Shown here piece after piece: positions 39,143-47,014 of a DNA stretch of 64,000 nucleotides. The notes under the pieces are model-generated. The model did no database searches. It saw only the letters and a list, made by a program, of their open reading frames with translations, and was not told the DNA's origin. Position 1 is the stretch's first letter; every line of letters begins with the position of its first letter. A program made the translations under genes and the position numbers. Source of the stretch: Verrucomicrobiota bacterium (GTDB lineage Bacteria > Verrucomicrobiota > Verrucomicrobiia > Limisphaerales > UBA11358); contig JBEKOG010000026.1 of assembly GCA_049522015.1 (NCBI GenBank), positions 3,548 through 67,547 on the forward strand, in the 5' to 3' direction.

Positions 39143-41098
39143 ATGACTTCCCGCCGTAACATCATGCTCGGCACCGCCGGGCACGTGGACCACGGCAAGA
39201 CCGCCCTGGTGAAGATGCTCACCGGCTGCGAGACCGACACGCTGGCCGAGGAAAAACAACGCGGCCTCACCATTGACCTCGGCTTTGCCCCCTGCCAGTT
39301 GTCGGACAAACGCGTGGTCGGCGTCGTGGACGTGCCGGGCCACGTGGATTTCATCCGCAACATGGCCGCCGGCGCGCACGGCATTGACGTCGTCATTTTT
39401 GTCGTCGCGGCGGACGACGGCATCATGCCGCAAACGCATGAGCATCTTCACATTCTCACGCTCATGGGACTGCGCCACGGACTGGTGGCGCTCACCAAGG
39501 TAGATCTCGTTGACCCGGCCCGGCGCAGCTTCGTGATTCAGGACCTGCGGCGGTTGCTCGCGAACACGTTTCTCGCAGAGGCGCCGATTTGTCCGCTCTC
39601 CAACGTCACCGGCGAAGGCTTCGACGGATTTTTCGACGCGTTGAACGAGGTGGTCGCCAAATGTGAAAACCGCCCCTGCTCCGGCTGGTTCCGCATGTGG
39701 GTGGAGGACGTGTTTACGATCCGCGGCTCCGGCACGGTGATCACCGGCATCCCCACCCGGGGACGCGTGCGACCGGGCGACAGTCTGCATCTGCTGCCCG
39801 CCGGTTTGTCCGGACACGTCCGCCGCATGCAGGTCTATGGCGAGGACGCAACGGAGGGACGGGCCGGGGAATGTGTCGCGCTGAACATACCCGAGATTGA
39901 TCATGAAGTGGTGCGGCGCGGCATGGTCTTGTGTGAATCAAATGCCGTGGCCCCGGTAACCATGGCCGAAGCCGAATTGCGAATCCTCGATTCCGTCAAG
40001 GGCAAAATCGCCGACTACCTCGAAGCGCAGTTGCATGTCGGAACGGCGGCGGTGTCAGCCCATTTGGCGATGCTTGAAAACACCGAAATGACCGGTGGCC
40101 AAAAGCAGATGATCCAGCTCCGGCTGGCGGAACCGCTGGCGCTGGCGCCCGGCGAACGATTTGTCGTCCGGGCCAACGTGGCCGGTTCCGGCGTCGCCGG
40201 TCTGACCACGATTGGCGGCGGACAGATTCTCGGCATCGGCAACGTCCGGCTGCGCCGGAAGAAACAGTGGACACTCGATATGCTCGCGGCCCGGCGGGAA
40301 GCCATCGCCGATTCTGCCCGCTGGTGTGAACTGATGTTGCGGGAAAGCGCGCTGCCGATGACCGCCGCCGACCTGCAATTAAAATGCCTGATGCGCACCG
40401 AGGAGATGACGGCAATGCTTGATTCCCTGCGCGCCGAAGATCGCGCGGTCCTGACGCCCGGCGGCGGGTGGCTGCACCGCGATGTCATCCAGAAAACCGC
40501 GACCGATATCCTCGCGGCCATCCAAGCCTTTCATTCCGCCAACCCGCAGCGGGCCGGAATCGGCCGGGATGAACTGCTTGCCACCCTCAAGGCCGACGGC
40601 AAGCTCCTGGATCTGGCCGTGGCGTCGCTGCTCGGGACGAAGCAGATTGAGCACAACGGAAACGTGCTGGCAGGGGCGGGCTGGAGCGCGCGGGTTGTGG
40701 ACCGCGACCAACGCCTGTGCGACCAGATTGCCGCGAAACTGCAGCAGGCCGGCTGGGCGCCGCCCGGCGCTGAGGAACTGGCCGCGGCGCTGGGCGAACC
40801 GTTGCCGCGCGTCAGCGCGATGATGCGACTGCTGGGCGAGCGCGGGATTTTTGTGCGGCTGGATGAGCGTGTCTGGATGCATCGCGACGCCGTGGAGGCC
40901 GGCAAACAAACCGCCTTGAAACTTTTCGCCCGCGCGCCGATGTTCTCCACCATGGACTTCCGCGACGCGCTCGGCGTCAGCCGCAAATATGCCGTGCCGC
41001 TGGTGGATTATTTGGACAAGGTCCGCTTTACCGTCCGTTCCGGAAACAACCGGACGCCGGGAGCGGAAGCAAAGAAGCTGCTCTTGCAGAAGACGTGA
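39143..41098 (+). CDS. selB: Selenocysteine-specific translation elongation factor
   Basis: The start was set at 39143 (MTSRRNIMLGTAGHVDHGKTAL..), with an alternative at 39164. The G motifs are AGHVDHGKT, DVPGH and TKVD. The long C-terminal winged-helix region ends '..SRKYAVPLVDYLDKVRFTVR', as in the SelB mRNA-binding domains. Confidence 0.9.
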   Translation: MTSRRNIMLGTAGHVDHGKTALVKMLTGCETDTLAEEKQRGLTIDLGFAPCQLSDKRVVGVVDVPGHVDFIRNMAAGAHGIDVVIFVVAADDGIMPQTHEHLHILTLMGLRHGLVALTKVDLVDPARRSFVIQDLRRLLANTFLAEAPICPLSNVTGEGFDGFFDALNEVVAKCENRPCSGWFRMWVEDVFTIRGSGTVITGIPTRGRVRPGDSLHLLPAGLSGHVRRMQVYGEDATEGRAGECVALNIPEIDHEVVRRGMVLCESNAVAPVTMAEAELRILDSVKGKIADYLEAQLHVGTAAVSAHLAMLENTEMTGGQKQMIQLRLAEPLALAPGERFVVRANVAGSGVAGLTTIGGGQILGIGNVRLRRKKQWTLDMLAARREAIADSARWCELMLRESALPMTAADLQLKCLMRTEEMTAMLDSLRAEDRAVLTPGGGWLHRDVIQKTATDILAAIQAFHSANPQRAGIGRDELLATLKADGKLLDLAVASLLGTKQIEHNGNVLAGAGWSARVVDRDQRLCDQIAAKLQQAGWAPPGAEELAAALGEPLPRVSAMMRLLGERGIFVRLDERVWMHRDAVEAGKQTALKLFARAPMFSTMDFRDALGVSRKYAVPLVDYLDKVRFTVRSGNNRTPGAEAKKLLLQKT

Positions 41099-41099
41099 A

Positions 41100-41590
41100 G
41101 AGATCTCTGCAAAACAGACGTGGCGGCTTTCGGCAGAAAGCCGTACGATTTATTTTCTGGAAGAATGCGGCGCTCTGCCGAGACGCCAAAATCTTAACCA
41201 CGGATGAACACGAATAGACCTAACGCGGCTTGCGCCGCAACCACGGATTTTGGACTGCGGCGGGAAGCGAAGCGCCACGCCGCTTTTGAACGCAACCGGC
41301 CGTACGGAAAGCGGTGTCGCCGCTGCGCTCTGCCACCGCAGTTCAAATCTTTGTCGTCCGTGCGCGAACCTGTGTCATTGTATTACGGATGGGTTGGAAG
41401 GGCGGAAATTTGGACTGCGCCGGCAAAGCGCAGCGACGACGGCGCTTTCGAATTCGGTTGGTGGTTCATCGGCCATCGCCCCTCCTTAAAGCGGCGTGGC
41501 GATTCACTTCCCGCCGCAGTCCAAAATCCTGGCCACGGGCTGTTCTTTTATCCGTGTCCATCCGTGTTCATCCGTGGTTGAATTATTGCT
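41100..41590. repeat. REP-dense intergenic region between selB and selD
   Basis: Several hairpin families are packed together. They include GGACTGCGGCGGGAAGCGAAGCGCCACGCCGCTTTTG, GGTGTCGCCGCTGCGCTCTGCCACCGCAGTTCAAATC and CCGTGTCCATCCGTGTTCATCCGTGG paired with CCACGGATGAACACGAATAGACC. The listed ORFs here are translations of the repeats. Confidence 0.6.
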
Positions 41591-41592
41591 GA

Positions 41593-43299
41593 ATGAAAAT
41601 TGATTTTGCCAGACGCCGGCGCGTGATGGAGCGGTCGCAATTGCTGGGGCACTGCATCTGCGACGTGCGGCGTCCCTGCCCGTGCGATGTTTTTCGTGAC
41701 GACGGGATTTGTCCGTGCGCCGGCGAGCGGCCCGACCCGGTGGACCTGTCACAGGTGAAACTGATGGAGCTGGTCCGCAACGCCGGTTGCGCGTCGAAGA
41801 TTGCCCCCGCCGAACTCGACGCAGTGCTGGGCCGGCTGCCCGCCGTAAATGATCCCGCCGTGATTTCCGGGCTGGCAGCGGGTGACGACGCGGCGATTTA
41901 CCGGATCTCCGACGACCTTTGCCTGGTGCAAACCGTGGACGTGTTCACGCCGTGTGTGGATGACCCGCATCTTTTCGGACGGATTTGCGCCGTGAACTGC
42001 CTTTCGGACATTTATGCGATGGGCGGCGAACCGCGCACCGCGTTGAGCATCCTGGCGTTTCCCACCGAGAAGTTACCGGGTGAGGTGATGTATCAAATGC
42101 TGGCCGGCGCGATGGATGTTTTTGAAGAGGCTGGCGTCGCGCTCGTCGGCGGGCACAGCGTCAAGGACGACGAAATCAAACTCGGCTTTGCCATCACCGG
42201 CCTGATCAATCCCAAAATTGCCGCCGCGCTGGAAAAACCGGGGGCCGGCGACGTGCTGGTGTTGACCAAGCCGCTGGGCACCGGCGTGCTGGCGTTCAGT
42301 CAGCAAATCGGGCGCGGGTATCCGGCCGGGCTGGCTGCCGCCGAAACTTCGATGGCCACGCTGAACAAGGCGGCGGCGGAGGCCATGAAGGAAGCCGGCG
42401 CCTCGGCCTGCACGGACGTGACGGGCTTCGGCCTGTTCGCGCATCTCCATCGCATGCTGCGCCAAAGCAAGCTGGGCGCGGAAATTTTCGCCGACGCGTT
42501 GCCGGCATTCGACGGCGCAGTTGAGGCCCTCCGGCAGGGCGTGATTCCGGGCGCAGTTGAACGAAACCGCGAATATGTCGGCGAGGCCATCCGCGTTGCG
42601 TCAAACGTGGACGAAGCGCTGGTCAACCTGGGTTTCGACGCGCAAACCTCCGGCGGCCTGCTGATTGCCGTTCCCCATGAACGGCTGGAGACTTTGCTTC
42701 AAGCCCTGGCCCGGCGTAGCGCCGGCAGTTTTGTCATTGGCAGAATCATTGGCACGTCTGATGAAAGAATCCTTGTAAATCGTGGCGCTCTTGAACCGAA
42801 CGTTCGGAGTTCCGCGTTTACGCGACCGCCTGAAGGCGGAACTCCAAACCCAAAAAGCAAATCCATGAAATCATCAACTTCAGATTCCACCGGCCAAGAA
42901 CCTTCCCTCACCCGCCCTTCCGCCTTCGCTGAAGCTACGGCGGACAAGCCGGGCACCCTCTCCCATCCGATGGGCGAGGGACACGGCTGCTGCGCGGACA
43001 TGTTCAAAGGCGAAGGCGCGGCAAGTTCCGTCGGCGAAACGCAAAAGGCTTTTGCCGCGATGATCCGCTCGGTGCAGGCCGCCGGCGTCTTGAGCGAAAA
43101 GGCCAAGGAACTGATCCTGTTCAGCCTGGTCGTGCACAGCCGGTGTCACCCGTGTTTCGACGCGCACTTTCGCAAGGCGCGCGAGATGGGCCTCACTCAG
43201 GCGGAATTGGACGAGGCGGCCTGGTGCGCCATCGCCATGGGTGGTGCGCCGGTAAAAATGTTTTATCAGGAGAGCCTCCGCCGGATTCAAAATGCGTAG
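41593..43299 (+). CDS. selD: Selenide, water dikinase (Cys form) with a Cys-rich N-terminal extension, fused to a C-terminal AhpD/CMD-like CxxC domain
   Basis: The SelD core carries 'NAGCASKIAP' (Cys at the Sec/Cys position), 'GDDAAIY', 'VQTVDVFTP', 'GGHSVKDDE' and 'VLTKPLGTG'. The N-terminal extension of about 55 aa reads HCICDVRRPCPCDVFRDDGICPC. After about residue 390 comes a repeat-encoded linker (..RPPEGGTPNPK.., ..LSHPMGEG..). Then '..LILFSLVVHSRCHPCFDAHFRKAREMGLTQAELDEAAWCAIAMGG' follows, an AhpD-like core. Confidence 0.85.
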   Translation: MKIDFARRRRVMERSQLLGHCICDVRRPCPCDVFRDDGICPCAGERPDPVDLSQVKLMELVRNAGCASKIAPAELDAVLGRLPAVNDPAVISGLAAGDDAAIYRISDDLCLVQTVDVFTPCVDDPHLFGRICAVNCLSDIYAMGGEPRTALSILAFPTEKLPGEVMYQMLAGAMDVFEEAGVALVGGHSVKDDEIKLGFAITGLINPKIAAALEKPGAGDVLVLTKPLGTGVLAFSQQIGRGYPAGLAAAETSMATLNKAAAEAMKEAGASACTDVTGFGLFAHLHRMLRQSKLGAEIFADALPAFDGAVEALRQGVIPGAVERNREYVGEAIRVASNVDEALVNLGFDAQTSGGLLIAVPHERLETLLQALARRSAGSFVIGRIIGTSDERILVNRGALEPNVRSSAFTRPPEGGTPNPKSKSMKSSTSDSTGQEPSLTRPSAFAEATADKPGTLSHPMGEGHGCCADMFKGEGAASSVGETQKAFAAMIRSVQAAGVLSEKAKELILFSLVVHSRCHPCFDAHFRKAREMGLTQAELDEAAWCAIAMGGAPVKMFYQESLRRIQNA

Positions 43300-43546
43300 T
43301 GGAAATGTTTGAAGAAGGACAGGCGATGAAGTGAGTCAGGAATCGCCGGCGGTTGCAAAATCCCAAGCCCTGAATCCGAATGACCAAAGAATCTCCAAAT
43401 GACTCCATGACTTAATCCTGCAGGCCGGACACTGGGAATCATTTTGTCATTCGGGCCTCGTCATTCTTTCGTCATTAGGATTTCGTCATTAGTCATTCCA
43501 CCGAGCAGCGCTTGTAAACCGCGGCAAAACATGCCATGCTACCTCC

Positions 43547-45127
43547 ATGCCTGACAACGGCAACAACCGGTTTCTCCCAGGAACAACAAGACTTGCCTTG
43601 GTGCTGTTTGTCTGCGGGCTTGCCATCTTCTGTCTGGTTTTCCAAATCGGCAAGGGTCAAACCAGCAGCAACGGAACGTACAAACTGCGCGAAGTTTCGG
43701 TCTTCGAATCGGGCCAGAATAATTTTATTCGCGGGCAGATGTGTCGGTGCCAGGACAAACCCTTCCCGGAAGTGAAGAATTATCCCGCGTTCACCTCCGA
43801 GGTGCCGATTTTCGGTTCGGTCCGGTTCGGCGGGAGGCTGGACGAGACAAACTCCGGCTTGCTCTTTTATTTTGCCGTGGATGAAAGCCGCGGGACCGGC
43901 AAGGGCTTTGACCGCCTGTATTTCGACGCCAACCGGGACCTCGACCTGCGCAACGATCCGGTTGTCAAACTCCGGCAACCGCCGCCCGATCACGGCTATA
44001 AACCGAACTTCTCCGGCATCAAGGCGGTGGCGGCCTTCGATTTTTTGAAAGTCAACCTGGGCACCAACGGCGGCAGTTCCGACCTGGTGGAAATCATGCC
44101 GCGCCTGCTCCTCACGGGGGACGACAAACAAACCTACCGCTACCTGTTTTTCGTGCGCACCCGCCTTTTCGAAGGCGACATCCGGATGGCGGGCGAAAAA
44201 TTCCACGCCCAACTTGGGAATGATTATGTCATATCCCCCAGCTTTGATTTTCCCGGCACCGCCCTCGAGTTGAGCGGGAAGAAAACCTCCTTTAACTGGT
44301 GGGGCGGCGACCGGATATCGGCTATTCACAAAATGAACGGCCGCTTCTTCAGCTTTTCCGCCACCCAAGACGGCGAGTTGACCGTGCGTCCGTATTCTGG
44401 AGACCTGGGAACCTTTGAGATTGGACCGGGCACCCGGAAGCTGACCAACTTTGGCGTGTCGGGCTCGTTTGAAGCCCGGGATTGGGCCGTGCCGGTGGGC
44501 GGCGACATCAAAGACGGCCGGCCGGTCGAGGTCAGCCGTTGTCAGGTGCCGGTGGGCGACTACCTGCCGGAATTTCTCACGCTCCAATTCGGCCGGCTGC
44601 GAATTCAGCTTTCGCAAAACTACCATTCGGAAGGCAAACGCCAGAATCGTACCGGCCGCCCGGACGTTTACGGAATAACGATCCGCAAGGACCGGCCATA
44701 CGTGCTGGATTTCTCTAATCAGCCTGACGTGATGTTTACGTCACCGACCAACAGCCAGCGGGTCAAACCGGGCGACACCCTTATGGTGGCGGCCGTGCTG
44801 GTGGACCCGAAACTGGACATCATGATCCGCAGGCTGGATGACACATCGCACAAACAAACCAAGGATGCCGAGGGCAAGCCTCTGCATTATGAACAAAACC
44901 TGTCGCTTGACCCCAAAGTGATCATCATGCGGGCCAACGGCGAGAAAGTGGCTGAGGGCGTCATGCCCTTTGGCTGAGACGGCACGTGCGGGTACTCATG
45001 GCGGGTACCAAACGATCTCAAACTGGACGGCAAGGAAGAAACCTTCACCGTGCAGGTGCTTTACGACACGCTTGAGCTTTACGGAAAGGTCAGCGCCAAC
45101 CGGTCCGTTACTGTCTATCGCGAATAA
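43547..45127 (+). CDS. Secreted selenoprotein candidate, paralog C (TGA at 44975-44977 read as Sec)
   Basis: The listed ORF 43547-44977 has an N-terminal TM/signal anchor and ends ..GVMPFG-TGA. The frame continues DGTCGYSWRVPNDLKLDGKEETFTVQVLYDTLELYGKVSANRSVTVYRE to a TAA at 45125-45127. It lies directly downstream of selD on the same strand. Confidence 0.7.
44975..45008 (+). promoter_or_regulatory. Putative SECIS element, paralog C
   Basis: The RNA reads UGA-N14-GUACUC-AUGGC-GGGUAC, with one U-G wobble pair. Confidence 0.65.
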
Positions 45128-45146
45128 CCCGGACCGGCAGTTCAAC

Positions 45147-46037
45147 TCATGCCGGGTTTTCCGGTGCCTGCTGTGAATCCTTTTTCGGCAGGGCAAAGCA
45201 CGGCTCGATTGCGCCGCAGGTGGTGCATTCGAGACAGCGGATGCAGCCGGACACGTTGACGGCCTGATCCACTTTCACGCCCATCGAACAACGGCTGCGG
45301 CAGAGGTTGCATTCCACACATTCCTTGGGATTGAACCGGAGATGAAACAGGCTGAACCGGTTGAAGAGTGAGAGAAAGCCGCCCAGCGGACAAAAGATGC
45401 GGCACCACGGGCGATGAATGAACAAAGCGGCGGCGATGAACGACAGGAGTATCCCCGTTTTGAACCAGCTCATGACCCAACCTTTGCCGGCCAAAACACT
45501 TTGGACCGAATAAGGCACGCCGGCTTCGAGCGCGCCGGCCGGACAAAGGCGGCAGATGGAAACGGCCTGACGCTCGAACGGAATGCCCTTGAAGCCGAGA
45601 ACCATCGGCAGCAGCAGGACCAATCCCACCAGCACGACGTATCGCGTGTAGCCCACCCAGCCCGGCAAAGAAATTTTCCGGGGGGAAATTTTACCCAGCA
45701 AATCCTGCAGGAAACCGAACGGGCACGCCCAGCCGCATACGAGTGAGCCGCTCACCGCACCGACGAGCAGGAGCAAACCCATCAATAAATACGGGACTTC
45801 CCCGACCACCGGCAGCAGCGCGGCGTAATTTGCCGCCACGCCCACCGGACAGGCGAACGCGGACAACGGGCAGGAGTAGCAGTGGAACACACATCCGGGA
45901 ATGCCGTGCAGCCAACGGCCCACCGGCGCGAGCCAGATGCCAAGAAAGCCCGTCTGCAACCAGGGACGAAGGCGCGACAGCTTCCGGCCGAGGGCAGTCG
46001 GTTCACGTTGCTGGCAATTGGGTACAGGACATTCCAT
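45147..46037 (-). CDS. Membrane-bound 4Fe-4S polyferredoxin (NapH/MauN-like)
   Basis: It has multiple TM segments with CPxG motifs (CYSCPLSAFACPVG, CGWACPFG, CRLCPAG, CRIFCPLG). The C-terminal ferredoxin motifs are CVECNLCRSRC and CIRCLECTTC. Confidence 0.75.
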   Translation of the reverse strand: MECPVPNCQQREPTALGRKLSRLRPWLQTGFLGIWLAPVGRWLHGIPGCVFHCYSCPLSAFACPVGVAANYAALLPVVGEVPYLLMGLLLLVGAVSGSLVCGWACPFGFLQDLLGKISPRKISLPGWVGYTRYVVLVGLVLLLPMVLGFKGIPFERQAVSICRLCPAGALEAGVPYSVQSVLAGKGWVMSWFKTGILLSFIAAALFIHRPWCRIFCPLGGFLSLFNRFSLFHLRFNPKECVECNLCRSRCSMGVKVDQAVNVSGCIRCLECTTCGAIEPCFALPKKDSQQAPENPA

Positions 46038-46079
46038 GAGAGAAGAGCGGCCACGCCGTGTGGCCGGAAATTATTTTAT

Positions 46080-46442
46080 TCAGGTGGGACAGGGCGTTTT
46101 CGCATCGGTATCCACCCGGACCTTCCATTTGGGCGGCGTCGCATTGGCCTGCTGTTTGGCCCAGCGGTCGAGCGCCTCAGCTTCCGCGGCGGGGTCCTCG
46201 AGCTTTGGCGGCGACGGGGGGGCCAATTGGCTCGCGTATTGCAGGCCGCCGGAGGAAAAGGCCTTGACCAACTGAATTTCCCAGGCGGTACTCCCGTCAA
46301 CGGTGTCCACGCCGGTCAGATGCCGCGCGCCGCCAAAAGCGAGGACCCCGCCGATCAGGACGACAATGAACCCGGGCCAGAAATCATGGCGTTCCAACGC
46401 GCGCATCGCGGGATTCACGGGGGGCTGTGGGATGCGTTTCAT
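46080..46442 (-). CDS. Hypothetical single-TM protein
   Basis: The start was set at 46442 (MKRIPQPPVN..), because the listed 212-aa ORF runs through tRNA-Sec. It has one TM segment (FWPGFIVVLIGGVLAFGG) and lies upstream of the polyferredoxin. Confidence 0.4.
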   Translation of the reverse strand: MKRIPQPPVNPAMRALERHDFWPGFIVVLIGGVLAFGGARHLTGVDTVDGSTAWEIQLVKAFSSGGLQYASQLAPPSPPKLEDPAAEAEALDRWAKQQANATPPKWKVRVDTDAKTPCPT

Positions 46443-46554
46443 GGCGAAGGAGGCGGAAGCGGAGTGATGGAGCAATAGAGTGATGGGGTGGTGGAAGGCG
46501 CAGAATTCCAATACTCCAATACTCCAACACTCCGTTGCCCCGCAGTTTTCGAAC

Positions 46555-46651
46555 TGGCGGAGGCGGATGGGAATCGAACCCACCTGGGACTTTGTTGAGC
46601 CCCACACTGGTTTTGAAGACCAGGAGCGCCACCAGGTCGCCTTACACCTCC
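46555..46651 (-). tRNA. selC: tRNA-Sec (anticodon UCA)
   Basis: The reverse complement reads GGAGGTGTAAGGCGACCTGGTGGCGCTCCTGGTCTTCAAAACCAGTGTGGGGCTCAACAAAGTCCCAGGTGGGTTCGATTCCCATCCGCCTCCGCCA. It is 97 nt long, with the anticodon loop CT-TCA-AA, a long variable arm (GGGGCT..AGTCCC), the T-loop GGTTCGATTCC, an extended acceptor stem, discriminator G and CCA. Confidence 0.9.
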
Positions 46652-47014
46652 GGGACGGGGCCATACGCCGCTTGCAGAACGCAACGCGCAGTTCAGAATG
46701 ACATTTCCAAACGGCCACATAACAACCGCATTGGGGCAGATTCCCGGGATGATTTCAATCTGAATAAAAGAGGTTCCTTGAGGTTTTTAATGGAAGAGCG
46801 TTTACGCTCGCCCTCACCCCGGCCCTCTCCCCCGGGGCGAGGGAGCGCACCGTCACGTTATCGGACAATTTCTCAATCCTCATTGCAGTCACCGATTTTG
46901 TGTTATACGCCTTGAAAAGCGATGACCCAGCCTGCCGCATCACTCAGAAAGCGGCGAACAATTCTCCCTCTCCTGGGGGGAGAGGGCCGGGGTGAGGGCG
47001 GACGTCATCACTGC

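Noticed and set aside
41593-43299. selD as itself a selenoprotein.
   Set aside because: The catalytic-loop position is encoded by TGC (GCASK), and there is no in-frame TGA.
46080-46718. The full 212-aa version of this ORF.
   Set aside because: Its first 92 codons run through tRNA-Sec and a GGAGTGATGG repeat array, so it was trimmed to the Met at 46442.
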